A DNA stretch of 54,919 nt from Mizuhopecten yessoensis (GCF_002113885.1 NW_018408918.1:62001-116919), one strand, 5' to 3'; positions 27,320 to 41,233 are shown, counted from the stretch's first letter. Notes: generated from the sequence alone by a model not told the origin. Numbers and translations: made by a program.

Positions 27320-27471
27320 CATCCTGTTTCCGGTATCTGACCTACAAGACACAGACAGGATGGTGATACACAAACTGTTTACAACCCTGACCGGAAGCAG
27401 ACGGATACAGTGTCATCGACTTAACCTCTAAGTATACAGCCGATGCACCTTCAAATGAAGATGATTAGCTA
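27320..27471 (+). repeat. locus-specific ~150-bp dispersed repeat, copy B
   Basis: tttccggtatctgacctacaagacacagacaggatgg...ctgaccggaagcagacgga...aaatgaagatgatt. Confidence 0.75.
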
Positions 27472-27513
27472 AAACAAATACTTCAGCCCTTGTAGAAATG
27501 GCGTCAACAGACT

Positions 27514-27740
27514 TATCACCCTAAGTTATTCCATGCATTTTGTAAACTGAGATACCCAGTGACCGGCACCCTGTGTAGTTGTTTAAATTATCCTTAATAC
27601 TGAAATTTGTGCAACTGGACAAAAGTACAAAACTAAAACTAAAAGTGAGGTGCTGCCAAGAAAGGTGCAAGGAAACAAAAGGAAGTAGAGCGAACTATAA
27701 ATGTCCTGTATGGTGCAATGGCTGCATACAATATAAGAAT
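27514..27740 (-). repeat. inverted copy of 31697-31961
   Basis: tatcaccctaagttattccatgcattttg... is the reverse complement of ...caaaatgcatggaataacttagggtgata; homology runs ~230 bp with a ~40-bp gap. Confidence 0.85.
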
Positions 27741-28992
27741 GTTTTTGATCACTTTGGTCCCTCTAGGCACAAATGGCAACCACCAATTCTTCAAGGGTTC
27801 CAACATTAGTTGTTTCAAACAACATACAGTGGCAAGGCATGTGTATGTTTTCTCAATTTTAAGTACGCATGCAATTTAAAATTGTGCCTTAACATTTAAA
27901 AAAAAATCAAAATCATATACAGAATATATAGGTATTTAAATGGATAAGTATGTTTATTATTTCTACTTTTCATACATTTGGTTTCACAACTGCATCGCAA
28001 CTTCCTATGTTCGTAGCAATTTACCAACTTATTGCACCAATTATGGTGTGTCTAGTTTGTCACGTGACAGTTAGGAGAGATATCCTAACATTTCCTCGCT
28101 AAATCAGGCCAGTGCCCCACATTATCGGTATCTTTCGAGGAAACAAATTGTAAATACACATTGAGCATACATTAGAACTGACGAAAAGGGCACTACATTG
28201 TTCTGTATGCTTAGTAAAAGCTTGAATTCAGTACAAAGATTACGCAATAACTTTACTCCTTAGTGTGCAAACGATGACTGTGTACAGAGTACATAAAGCT
28301 CATCGAAATATCACGCATGAACATTACATTGGCGAAACATAGGCACTGAAATGACAATAGTTAGAAATGACAATTGAATCGGCAAGGCATGGACGGTGGC
28401 ATTCAGATTACCAAATAATAAGATCAACAATCATAAATCAAGCTACAGAAAAATCTAATGTAATAATGTACAAAGATTACGCAATAACGTTTGCATCAGG
28501 TTTTTTAAGAATGTACACCTATACTTATTGGGTCAATTTATGGAGCAAGTTTTAACTTACATTTATTAATGCTGAAATTCCTTTATCGGCAGGCGTCATA
28601 GTAAATAATACAAACATAGATAAATTAATCTATTAGACGGTGTTTCTTTCATTTTCTGACAAGCTATCCCTGGATCAAGGTACGAGTCTCTTGCCACTCC
28701 AGTTAAATGTGTAATTGTTTACGCCAAAAATATTCTGTCCTCGTCCCCCGAGCGATATTGTGAACAATGTGTTATTCTTGTTGTCTATTGCTTGATATCA
28801 TTTGACATTGTAATTAATAAAACGAACACAAGCTTTGAAAACATAAACAAAAACATTCGAGTGTTAGCCACTGCACATAACCCTAAAAATAACCCTAACG
28901 AAAACAGATCGGGAAGCAACATTATCTTCCGTGCATAATGATAACCCTACGGAAGTATCTTTATAGTTTGACAGGCATACGGATGTGTTCGA

Positions 28993-29516
28993 TAATAATA
29001 ATAATATACAGCATTTATATAGCGCCCCATATAAGTTGTAAAATTACTCTAAGGCGTTTTACAACATATGGATAATAGTCATGGTTATAATTGTGAAAAC
29101 AAACAACAAAGGCTTGCAATCACTTCCATACATTTAACAAGCAATGTGCACATAATTGAACAAATAAAAGGGTGGTATTTACATGACGTCTTTGCAAAGA
29201 TTCTAAAATGCAGACGTGAAGAGGTGAGTTTTTATGTCCCTCTTGAACTTGACCAGGGTATTTGACTTCCTAATAGCAGATGGTAAGCTATTCCACAACG
29301 TAGCCGAAACCCTCCCAAAGCATCTGTTTCCGTAGGTCACAGTACTAGATTTTGGGACACACAACAAAGATTCTCCCTCCGACCGCAGTGATCTTGACGG
29401 CTGATACAGGGTAACAAGTTCATGTAGGTACTGAGGAACTGTTCCATTCAGTGCCTTGTATGTGTATACCAGAATTTTGTACTGCGACCTGTATCGTACA
29501 GGTAACCAGTGCAACG
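28993..29516 (-). mobile_element. 5'-truncated L2-clade LINE (ORF2 C-terminus + 3' UTR + (ATT)n tail)
   Basis: LHWLP..R..YKIL...YKALNG..PQYL...RSLRS...G.R.F...A.LWNSLP..IR...FK..KTHLF is the L2 ORF2 end; the tail reads ggcgctatataaatgctgtatattattattatt. Confidence 0.88.
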
Positions 29517-29829
29517 ATAGCTTTATTTAAAGAAACAATTCGGTTTGACCTCGTCCATTTTCTAAAATTATTTTGTATTAGTTTCATTCATATGCTTGGT
29601 AACTTACACAACACTTATGTTTCATACAAATGGATTTTAGCAGCAGCATATTTTTAACGCATTAGTTGTACTTAAGGTAAAAGGTTCTGCCACAAAAAAA
29701 TATAGGTTGTCAGAATTTGAAAAGATTTTAAATGGAAATTTATGTAAAAGGAGTGAACTTTGAAAAAAACAACTACAATTGTTTGCAAAATAATGTCAAA
29801 AAAAATGATAGTGACATAGATTAGTATTG

Positions 29830-30238
29830 TATTAGTGTTTATTACATACTTACTAATAAATACTTTTTTCATGTATATGCGATACGACACAATTGCTCTA
29901 ACCCATATCAGCCCTCGCCGTATCACACCCCAAAACCCGTATCAGCCCCCGCCGTATCACACCCCAAAACCCGTATCAGCCCGCAAAACCCATATCACAT
30001 CGTTTTGGAAAAAAAATGTTTTTTTTTTGAATTTTTAAAAAACTTAAAATAAATCATAAGATAGAAGTTTTTATTAGTAAGTATGTAATAAACAGAATAA
30101 AACACGCCTTTTTCCATATAACACCCAGTATCAACCCTCGACCAATATCAGCCCTCGGGCCTTCGGCCCTTGGGCTGATATTGCAGTCTCGGGTTGATAC
30201 TGGGTGTGATATGGAAAAAGGCATGTATTATTCTCTAT
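29830..30238. mobile_element. non-autonomous element with tatcagccc/tatcacaccc sub-repeats and terminal hairpin
   Basis: Repeated ccgtatcacaccccaaaacccgtatcagccc; palindrome acccagtatcaaccctcgaccaatatcagccc...gggctgatattgcagtctcgggttgatactgggt; ends in attctctat like the element at ~2890-3055. Confidence 0.55.
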
Positions 30239-30868
30239 ATATAAATTGAATAAATGCTGAAATTGTGTAAAATAAATTATCTATAAACGATTAAAAATTA
30301 ACATTTTATAATAAAACCATATACACATAGTAATTGCATGCAAGAGTTATCTTTCTTGAAAAACTTCACAGTAGTGAAATAGGTAGCCGTTTTCCTGAAG
30401 TATAGAAAAATGGACACATGTGACTCATTGACAAAAAAAACCTGAATTAATGCCTGGATTGCTTTGATATACTTTAATATTGAGAGAACACACTGTTCTG
30501 TCAATAATAATCATTCAATATTCATCAGTTTAAGATAAAACATTAAGATATGGGGAATTTGTGATACTGTCTCCCTACATTGGATTTTCAACTAGGGATG
30601 TACTTCCTATTTCCGTTTATCAATACACTCATTCGACCTTAAATCACTTTGCAACATTACAACTATGTCTCAATACATGTGTATCACAAATGTAGTTTAG
30701 TAATTAGCTCCGTAATATCCCACACCTTCCGTTAAATTGTCGTAGGCATTAGATCAGCAATATAACTTGGCATGTTCGTTTAAAATGTATATATTGCGTT
30801 GCTGTTTATTGATATACGCACTTTATTAACCTGATCAGTTTAGGAGACATTTTACTAATACCACGAGA

Positions 30869-31378
30869 ATGGATAAGGCATTTTATTTCTACCATGTCAC
30901 CTCTAAAGCAATCAGAACTAGACTTACAACAACAAAGGCACTGGTTCCACAGATCCACAGCCCAAGGTCTGAGTGGATGTGGCTCTTGGACTCAAAGTAC
31001 AAGAATAAGATTCCTAAGGGGGTCTGGTTCTGCTCCACACTTTACAACGGTGGCCTGCCAACCATCTCCCCGTATGGTACAGAGCGAGTCAGGATGCCCA
31101 TTGAAAAGGTTTTGGGCCAACTTGGTGGAGGTTTTAGCCTATATCATGCCAGGGACGCTCAGGTGCAAGCAAACACTTATGTCCGACTCATGGTAGTAAA
31201 GGATGGAGATGACTTTGATTGTTTAGAATACATGGAAAAAATTAATCCCAGAAAAAATGACTGGCTGCAGCTTGTTTCAAATTCGGAGTTTAAAGTTGCC
31301 AAACGACCAAAATGGGTGGAAATATATTATCCCTATGAAGTTGATATTACAGACGGCGAATGGGATAGTTTGGACTAG
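30869..31378 (+). CDS. PHYHIP C-terminal-domain-like, putative ADP-ribosyltransferase-fold protein, copy 1 (169 aa, intact)
   Basis: ATG-to-stop ORF conserved in four paralogues. Motifs FYHVT, LVP, GVWFCST, LPTISPYG.ER, YVRLMVV, WVEIYYPYEVDI are collinear with PHYHIP FYRN, LQP, GVFFSCN, PQDSPYGRWR, YAILVLA, LEIIYTEPVDL (recalled from memory). Confidence 0.85.
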   Translation: MDKAFYFYHVTSKAIRTRLTTTKALVPQIHSPRSEWMWLLDSKYKNKIPKGVWFCSTLYNGGLPTISPYGTERVRMPIEKVLGQLGGGFSLYHARDAQVQANTYVRLMVVKDGDDFDCLEYMEKINPRKNDWLQLVSNSEFKVAKRPKWVEIYYPYEVDITDGEWDSLD

Positions 31379-33574
31379 TAAGTATTGATAGCAATCATCT
31401 AAAAAAACAAAAACATACCCATTTTAATTTTAACATAAAAACCAGAAAATGTATTATTACACTAAACTTGTGTGCATTTGCAGTTTAATTTTTTAGTAAT
31501 AATGATTTCAGAATGGATTTCAGAACATTGTAATTGATAAACTCTTGTTTTTACAAATGTTAAAGGTGATATTGTTCTTCTCACAAAAGGAAGTAGTTGC
31601 AGATCGAACTTATTTTATTTTTTTGGCTGCGAATCTTTATTTATTTCATTTTTACTAGTGTTATTTTTTTCTCTTTTCTGTCTATCAAATTCGATAATTC
31701 TTATATTGTATGCACCCATTGCACCATATAGGACAGTTATAGATCTCTCTACTTCTTTATGTTTCCTTGAACCTTTCTTGGTAGCACCTCACTTTAAGTC
31801 TTAGTTTTATACTTTTGTCCAGTTTGGCAAATTTCAGTATTAAGGATAATTCAAACACTGGTTAACCCGTTGTCAGCATAATTTGACTGGATGGAGTAGC
31901 ACAGGGTGTCTTTCACTGGGTATTTCAGTTTGCAAAATGCATGGAATAACTTAGGGTGATATCTTTTTTGCCTTATCTATAGTTTAGAACTATCTTCGAA
32001 ATCATACTCATTGTTTAATCGAAAAAAAAGCTAACCTTTCACTGATCAAGAAATTTGCTGAGCAAACCGTGCATACTAGCATTAACGACAAATCGTACAT
32101 ACAAGAACTAACGAAAATAGGGCTCCCTTGTTAAGGAATAAAAAATAACCTAATACATTTATAAACGAAAAGTGAGACAACAACTTCAAACTATTTCAAT
32201 TAGGTATAGAATAAGTCCGTATGAAAAATGTTCATATATTAATTCTTGTATTTAAGAAATTGTATTGATAACCCGTGACGTGTGATATTTGCATGTATCC
32301 TTATGTGCACAATACTCCTTTTTCAAAATATGTTATGCATCACACTGAATACTCATGCTTTAAATGTAAATGGATTAAAGTTAATTGATTGCCAATTCAG
32401 AAGTAGAGAACATCAACGATAAATTACTTCTGGATAAAAATCGATCTTAAATTGAAATAGAGAGTGTTTTAGTAATGAAAGAGGAATATTTGCACATTGA
32501 ATTCAATTAAACATCTTCAATTTTCTTACAAAATTGTTCGAAAATGTATTCTCTTCATTATTTCATATTAAAGGTCACCGACAATACATGTTGGATGACG
32601 TCATAACATTTCTAAGCAGACGACAGCAATATTGACGACGACAACGATGACGATGATGGCGACGACGAGAATTGGATATCCTTTTAATGAAACACTAAGA
32701 GCCTCTGTTATCTTATATCTACCCACACGTATATGTATTTTAACAATTGATATGTAAATATGTCAGATATGTGTAACCTCTTGTGTAGATATGCATTCAA
32801 CTTGAAACATGAACTATTCATACAGACAAAATGGTGTTTTTATCTTAACGATACAAATACGATTTTTTCTGAAAGCTATGATAAATTACATTCCTACTTT
32901 CGTTATTTGTTATTTATTGTTAACCCGAATGTACCTAATTAAAAACGATTATTTCAACAAGACTGCATTGTACACGCTAAATTTTAATTGTATATCCATA
33001 TATATTTAAAATAAAATATTCAAATGCATTGGTTTTGTGTTTTGTCTGAGTCACTGCTAATTATATATTTTCCTATTTGTTATTCCAATATAACCATGTA
33101 CTTTGGGCTACTCTTTGAAATCTTCCGAAAATATTTGTTGAATCAGAGATTTATTTATAGCATCTGTTGGGGGAGCTTTGCTTGCATTACTCTCTCAAGC
33201 TACAGTTTAGTGAAACTATAATGTAATCGTTTTTTTATTTTATTTATGTCGGGTCAGTTGATAAGCTATCAATTTCAGTATGTGCTTTATAAATGCATAC
33301 CCTTACTTGTTCTTGTCAGCTTGGCTGTAATATTGGTCACCAATTCTCTAGCGTAAACAAAAAAATAGAGGTTTTTTTTTAAATCATTTTCAAAAAACAC
33401 GGTAATTGATTTTTTAATTTTAGATTTAAGATATCAACGGATTTCGTATGTGTGAAAACATTCTGTAACACGTTTGTTTATATCTGGTTTTTCTGACATA
33501 CTATATTATTGTTTAGTTCTATATCTGATTAATTCAAATACCTGTATAACAATATATTAAAAGGTGTATTACGT

Positions 33575-33693
33575 TTTGGTTTGGTTTGGTATGGTACCTG
33601 ACGACTGTCCTACGTAGGCCTTTAAACCTGCGACCCATTGATGGAGGACCAGTGGTAGCAGAATGCCAGACGCTTTAACCACATGGCCACGGC
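33575..33693 (-). mobile_element. internally deleted tRNA-derived SINE
   Basis: (GGTTT)n tail next to a head whose minus strand reads ccgtggccatgtggttaaagcgtctggc (A box) ... gcaggtttaaagg. Confidence 0.5.
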
Positions 33694-35820
33694 ATTACCG
33701 TATTACTCTGCATATATTACAAAATTTAATGGAAGTTTGAAGTAAAGTTTTTAGTCTTGTGCCCCAATGTATGAGTGAATATGACGAGGAAGGTCGAGTC
33801 ACTTCAGAATACTGTTATTCCCCCATCCTCCCTCTTATTCTGTTAAACAATTGTTGCTAAGACGATCACGAAGATATCGTAAAGACGTACTTTATATATC
33901 TGTTCCTTTCATCTATTTATTTTAAACAGTTGTATAACAATCTATTGAAGGTTGTTATGTTTTCCGTGGGTTACATCTGGAGGTGTGAAGGAAAGTTATT
34001 AATCGCTTGTACCCTGTTGATTGATTAGATGAGGCAAGATAAGATTGGGCTGCTTTGTTGCCCTATGGTTTCTTACTTTACTGAAATGCTCAAATACAAA
34101 TGAATGTTTGACGAATTGTATTTCAGGTCTAGTTGCAATGGCACCGAATTTCGAAAACCGGTGTGATATACTGTCCAATTTTTTTTTTTAATAATTTCGT
34201 TTTGGTCGTGTGTCAATAAGTATTTGATGCAAATGTTAAGACTTAGCAGTTGATGAAAAAGTACTTATTAAGTCCCGGCGGATGGAAATATCAATTCATG
34301 TCCAGAGAAAATTTCTTAAAATAGTTAGGAAGAAAAATAAAAAATAAAGTACACAGAGTTGCGATATTGGTGTGTCTTTACAGTAAAATTTAGGAAATGA
34401 TTATTCTATTTATCAATACCATAAGTTCTAGCTATGTTTTAGACAAGAATGTTTATTTTTAAATGACAATTTAGGATCATATTCGTTAAAGACAAAATAA
34501 ACAACAAAATAATGTGAAACATACAGTGAATATAAAAATAAATTCAAGTGAAAAATGTTCCAAACGTTGTACGGGTTATTTCTGTTTAACAGGTATGTGC
34601 CTCACAGCATTGAGTATCACTACTGTACTACTGCACTGGATCTCAGTGGTATGGGCATAGGTTCATACAGAATTTGGACGAAGTATGGAACCTAAATGAA
34701 CATTTTAATTGTCTGTAATTCATTAGTTAGTTCACTTTTTAAATTGTTTTCAAATGTTCAGTATTTTCATTTAACACTTTAAGCAATTATGTAGTAAATT
34801 ATGCATGGGAGAAAATCTCTGCAATATAATGATGCAATTCCCTATCCTTGCTTACTGCATATAATACACCAGTAAACAATACACAGATTAGTAAAAATAG
34901 AAGCAGAAACATAAAAAAAAATCAAACGAAAACAAAACTCGATCAAGACAAAAAAAATCATAATATAAGAATACTTTAGGAGTTGTTAAACTCGAACAAC
35001 TTGCATTAGTCGAATCTCCGTTTATATTAATACATAAACTGATTCATGACTGTCTAGTGATATACAAGAGGACATGATAATGGGTTTGAGATGGTGATAT
35101 TTCTTTTTTCAAATATTAAAATTGTTAGAAAACTGTTTTGGTTTATAGTCTATATTTTACAAATGCGACGTGTCGCCACAGTGGCGTCCTCATAGTATCT
35201 TATATTGTTCTTTACGTTTGAAGTCGACTAGCAGTTTATATTTCAAGCTAATGTGAACCAAAAGGAAACACAATGAATGTAACAATGACTAAAAAAATTA
35301 TACTGGTGAAACCTGTTAGTCATCCTTGTCTTTCATACTCATGGCTGTTTTCTTTATCATTAATCCATTGGTGTGGAGAGTGATAACGTAAATTTAAGAA
35401 ACACCTGTTTCCGGTATCCTGACCTACAAGACACAGACAGGAAATTGAGTTGATACACTTTCTGTTTACGTGTCCTGACTTTAAACAGATTGACATAGTG
35501 CAATGACCGATTTCAGGTCTGGAATTGTTAGGGTCAAATTATCTTCAGACGTTTTGTCTCTATAGATCATATATAGATGTAGATTTCTTTTGTAACTAAA
35601 TTTCATGCAAACAAGTAGTGTTTTGCATTGATTTTTTGCGCAAGAATGTTAGTGTACACTTCAAAAGGAAATAATGAACGTGCATCACTCACATAGTGTA
35701 GTGTCTAGTTCCGCAGTATCCTGCCCCCCTCTCCCCCCNGTTAATAGGTCATTGTGTTAACTTTATATATACACACTCGATTAAACAACCTAGGACTAAG
35801 GACTAATCATATACGAAAAC

Positions 35821-36330
35821 ATGGATATAGTACGACAGTTCTACCACGTCACTTCTCTATGCAAATCTCAAATCATATCAGCAAAAGCACTGATCCCCCA
35901 GGTTCACAGCCCATCGCATGAGTGGATGTGGCTTTTGGATTCCCAGTACAAGGAAAAGATTCCTACCGGACTCTGGTTCTGTTCAACACTGTTCAATGGT
36001 ATCCTACCGAACCAATCTCCGTATGGTGAAGAGCGCGTCAAGATTCCCATCGAAAATGTGTTCAGCCAACTTGGTGGCAAAGTCAACATATATCAAGGCA
36101 AGAATGCATTTGTTAGTGGCAACACTTACGTCAGACTAATGCTTGTTAAGGAGGGAGACAACTTTGCTTGCTTAGAACACATGGAGAAACTTAATTTAAA
36201 AGACAATGTCTTTTTAAAGTGTATTTCTGAGTCGCAGTTTCAGGTTCCCAAACGACCAATTTGGGTGGAAACGTTCGTCCCGTATGAAATTGATATTTCG
36301 GAAGGTGAATGGGACAAGGTTAACAAGTAA
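35821..36330 (+). CDS. PHYHIP_C-like putative ART-fold protein, copy 2 (169 aa, intact)
   Basis: Full-length paralogue of 30869-31378; FYHVT, GLWFCST, SPYG and WVE retained. Confidence 0.85.
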   Translation: MDIVRQFYHVTSLCKSQIISAKALIPQVHSPSHEWMWLLDSQYKEKIPTGLWFCSTLFNGILPNQSPYGEERVKIPIENVFSQLGGKVNIYQGKNAFVSGNTYVRLMLVKEGDNFACLEHMEKLNLKDNVFLKCISESQFQVPKRPIWVETFVPYEIDISEGEWDKVNK

Positions 36331-37014
36331 GTAAAAATAACAATCATCATAGGTAAAACATTGTAGAAAACAAAGACTCTGTGCATACACTGTTTCAGGT
36401 GAACATCGAAATATAGAAAATACACAAAGCTCATCAAAAATTTTGCGTGCAATTTCGTACCATTCTTTAATATAAGGGACTAAGTGCTGATTTCAGAATA
36501 TGTTTTTCAACAATGGACGCTTCCTACGTGGTTTGAAAACACATTGTCTGTTCGGGGAACTATAGATATGGGGACTTAATCAAACTATAAAAGATAAGAT
36601 TTGACTAAAAGATATGTATTCAGCATTATTTAAGTATGAGTATATTTTTATAATCTTGTTTTATATCTAAATAGAATTGTCTTTTAAATTATGGGTATAC
36701 ATAATGACTTATTAAAACAGCAAACGATCTTTAAAGCGTATCCATTTAAAGCAAAGCCAATAAGCAGAGCTTTACTCGTTTATATTCAATTATTGTGAAA
36801 GTTTTTTTAATTGTAGTTGATATGAAGCATATACGTGTTAAGAACTCATTTTACTAATTGTATAAGAAGGACTAATGGACAATCTGTATATCTTTCAAAA
36901 GTTTTTAGATCAGAGGTTGTATCTTAAAATATTCTCTCGCCCAAAGTCTAATTTCAATATGTAAGAAAATATCGGTTAAGATATTTATTAAGTAAATTGA
37001 CTACATAGTTAGAA

Positions 37015-37112
37015 CAAATAAGTATGTTAAAATGATAAATGAGTATATTAAAATGATAAATGAGTATATTAAAATGATAAATGAGTATATGAGTCTAATC
37101 AAATGAGTATAT
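37015..37112. repeat. 21-bp minisatellite (~4 copies)
   Basis: Unit aaatgagtatattaaaatgat. Confidence 0.8.
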
Positions 37113-40100
37113 TCAAAAGGTAATTTTAAACTATCTAGGTATAATGGAAAGATACATTGTTCGGAAGGAGACACAATGAAAAATGTTTTAATCGTTGTAA
37201 ATAAATTATTATTTCCACATCGAAATGAATTAGATATATCAAAATGTTTTCTGGGCAAGGATCGTTCGAAAATTGACTATCTTAATGATTTCTATATTAC
37301 AGGTTACTGTCGATGTAAAGGCTAAATGACGGGGAGAAAAAACTTCCACTACAAATTATGATACATTATCATATCAGGAACTACTCTTAATTAGTATCAT
37401 CAGATGACCGTTCAAGCTACCTCTATGACGTATTGCAGTGTTAAAGACGCCACATGCAATGCCTTAACTGATCCAAACCATGTGATTAAACCAAAAAGTT
37501 AATGTTTGATTCCATAGTGGTTCGCCGGCTTTTGTCAATACAGCACCATTTGTTTCGGAAACATTTAACAACTGATCGAATATAGCTGTATCCGCCATGT
37601 TTGTATGTTATATCCATATATTCTTCAATTAAAATACTCAAATGTATTGGTCTTGTGTTTTGTGTGAGTTACTCTGAATGAAATAGTCTCCGATAACTTC
37701 CCGACATATTACAGGTACTGATGATGATGGCGAGTACCAGTATTGGTCAATGTATTACATGTTCATAACGTGTTCTTTGATAAGCTATAACCAACAGTAT
37801 CTAAATTGAAAAAAAAACAAAAAAACATCCATGGTATTCCCTAAACCATGTAAAACTAGGTCAAATCAAAGTAATATCATGTCATCATAACGAGGACGTG
37901 GGGTAACAACAACAAGGCACGTTAATGAACACAATAAAAATGTCTCTATTGGCTTTAATCATCATCTTTGATCACCCAATAAGCTCGTAGTTTCCTCGAA
38001 TTTAAACTAAAACAGTACATATACAATCGATTTCAGTTCTCAGTTACAATACAATTGTAATATGAACAACAGAATGTTAAAAAGGTGTTGGTACCAGTGT
38101 ACAGTAGCGTACGGTAACCATTTGTGATATTTTTGTTCAATGAATAACCCCTGTAATATCATATGTATCAAAATGTAAAAACAAAATTTTAAATTGCATA
38201 CCCATGATGAAGTGGGCTATGTGGGCTTCATAATTTTTCAAGAAAAAAAGTTACATTTGGTTTGAGACTAAAGTTTTGACAATTTTCAACTCTGTGTCTA
38301 CACAACAAAGGCTAGCTTTTCAATAAGTCGATTTTTGCACAAATCCACTGGAATTAGCTAAACCGCGCATATTTCTGTTACAGAGTATGTGATATTTACT
38401 TTAAGACAGGTTTCAATAAATATAGTCCAATTTGCGAGAATCAAAATTTGTGTTAAAAATCGTTGTGTTTCTTTTTTTGCTTTTTTGTATGTGGTTACCG
38501 TGGTTCTCAAGTTCTAGATCTCGGGAAACTTGTCTGGAAACAATTCTTTTTCTAAAAGATGTATTTTATGAATCCACATTCAATGTGTATCAGAGACATG
38601 CCCTTCATATTTAGGATCATGCCAGTTCTATTGTACATTGCTACCTTATATTAATATAAAGTTCTATAATCTATTAGAGGTCAATAAATATATAACAAAC
38701 GATTGTTTTGTGAATTGTCCTCCATAAATTACTTCTGCAGTTGAAAGTTAAATAATTGTTCTCTTGTTTCCCAATACATGACCACATGTGATGACGTGTT
38801 TCAGGTCAAATGACCATTGCACAAAATCCTACTGTAAGGATAAATTAATTTGCTATTAGTTTTGCCAAACAATTATTACCACGAAAATCATTGTGGATAT
38901 AACAAATGAAAATAAAATCGACCTTTTCTGTAAGGACCAAGCCCTTTGTAAACAGATAGAGAAATGAATCGCATTACGTTCAGTGAAATGACGCCTCCAA
39001 GCTGTCATTACATGACAAAAATATTCATGGACATCGTGATTTGACTTTAGCTGTGTGGACCTGTGTGACCTTGCAAAGAAGTAAACTTATTGTACTGATA
39101 CTGTCCATATGAACCTGATTTATATCAATACTAACGAGGATTGCTCTGAAGATCATGACATTAGTGAGAGATGATGAACGCTGACAGACAACCTTCCTAA
39201 CACATTGTTCCAAGCTGAACAGGCGGGCTGTGTGAGTATGTATCTAAATGTATGTTTATTACACAGATTCTCGCTTAACAACTTTTTTTTATATCCTGGA
39301 CCAGGTAAAATGTTAGCTCCTATTTGCATTCTATACTTAAGTTCTGAACATAATACTCATGAAACGTCGTTTGAAAAGGCCATTGTGAATTTGATAGGAA
39401 TACAAATTGTGTGTTGTAAGTCAAGGTGTGCCTCACAGAAGAAAAGTAGTCACTACAGTACTGCCATGCTAGCATTTAGTGTTCAATATTAGCTGTTGTT
39501 GTTGTTAAGATCCAGTAGGTTATGACAAGGTCCAGCAGTTCACGAGACACAGCCGATGAGGAACTCATGTTATGTTAAGATGGCTAGAAATTGTATAATA
39601 GTTAGGAAGGTGGCATACTGGCGATCTCGTTGTTGCTACAATCCGAACTCCATTTGCTCCATAGGAACTTTGTTATGTAACGTCTGTGTAAGCAATTAAA
39701 TGTATATGGATCACATTTAGTGTCATATACATAGATATAGCAAGTTAAATTATACGTAACAATCCCTTTAGACCAGAAATAGCTAAGGCGATATATCATC
39801 GTGTTATTTCAAGAAATCAAATTAGTTATAGCGTATCATCAAAACCAAATACATTGAAATGATTAATATAACTCCTTTTATGATTATGAGCAAAATGATT
39901 AACAAATTACCTGAAATTGATTTGCAAATGCATATATTTTCAACATGAGTAAATTATTTTGGTATAAAATTTTAAGTAGTTGTTAAATTATGCATGAGAA
40001 ATCTTTTAGATATAATGCTTCAATTCCCTATCCTTGCAGTACTATAAATATTGCGCTGGTAAACACACAAAGAATAACAATCATGGTGATAAGAATAATA

Positions 40101-41136
40101 AGACTAGTTTACCTTAGTTGTCGGTTAACTCGGACTCACAGGAGAATCGACCTTTCGTATATATTCATGCCCTTATTAAATCTGGTATGACTAACCTATC
40201 CAACAGTCTGGAGACTTGGGTTTGAGATTATGATTTTTTTTATAAGATATATTTTGTTTTATAATATATGATATATATTTTTCAAATGCATAATGACACT
40301 TCTCGGTCATCAGGGTATTTGCCTCTTTTCCATTCGATGTATGGCGACTAACAGTCTATAATTCAGATCAAATTGACACTTAATCCTCTTGGTTGAATCG
40401 AAAATAATTACTGAATGTAAGGACGCTCAAATAACTAGTATACAGTGACAATTGATTAGCTTGAACTCGTCTGAGTCGAGCATTCTTTCATTAAGCCATG
40501 TTCTGCATACTTATAGCTGTCTTACTAATTATTGATACATTGTATGTATTACGTAAACGTTGTCATAAGACATTCCTGAACCCGGTATCCAGACCTACAA
40601 GGACTGAGGTCACAATTAAATGCTTCCGGGTTCAGTACCCACGAATGAAGTCCCTTAGGAATATAGGTACTTTAGTAAAAACTATACTATGCCTCTTAGA
40701 ACTTGGTGTTTGCGTAAAAGTTTGGTGTTAAAATACTGTGGAGATATCAATCTAACAATTTCTGTGTCATATTTTTATATTGTGCCTTAATTTTTTGTGC
40801 AGGGTGCTGTGTGAAAAGTCCTGTGTTTACCTCTACTCCTGACCCGGAAGTTTCAAGTTTATTTCTGACATTGGTGACACATGCAGACGATTATCTCAAG
40901 ATAAAGGCCAACATGCTATGTTGAAATTTTTATATTTTACTCCCAAGATGTTGCTCTTGACCAGGTTAGATGGAAAATTGACTATCGGATATTGGGAATT
41001 TGTTATGAAATTAAATGTTACAATGAAACATATAGTAAAATTAAATGTGGTCTTAGTACTACAGACAGGATGGTGACACACTACATGTTTACCTCCCCTG
41101 ACTCGAAAAAGACGAAGATATTGTCATGATCGATCT

Positions 41137-41233
41137 CAATCTCTACCCAGAGTTGCCGTTCCTTACACTCACCTAGAGTGTGAGTAGGGGCAGTGTAAGT
41201 GAGTGTAAGGAACGACAACTCTTGATAGAGATT
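41137..41233. mobile_element. ~97-bp palindromic MITE inserted in the locus-specific repeat
   Basis: aatctctacccagagttgccgttccttacactcac ... gtgagtgtaaggaacgacaactcttgatagagatt. Confidence 0.75.

Noticed and set aside
26935-28555. Two ORFs sharing MTIESARHGRWHSDYQIIRSTIINQATEKSNV as a duplicated gene
   Set aside because: Explained by the 98-bp templated inverted insertion; no coding signal.
32616-32687. Asp-rich reading frame (ADDSNIDDDNDDDDGDDENWISF*) as an acidic tail for copy 1
   Set aside because: Splicing from 31378 to either nearby acceptor creates a stop first (TA|G or TA|A). It is more likely a GAC/GAT low-complexity run in the 3' UTR.
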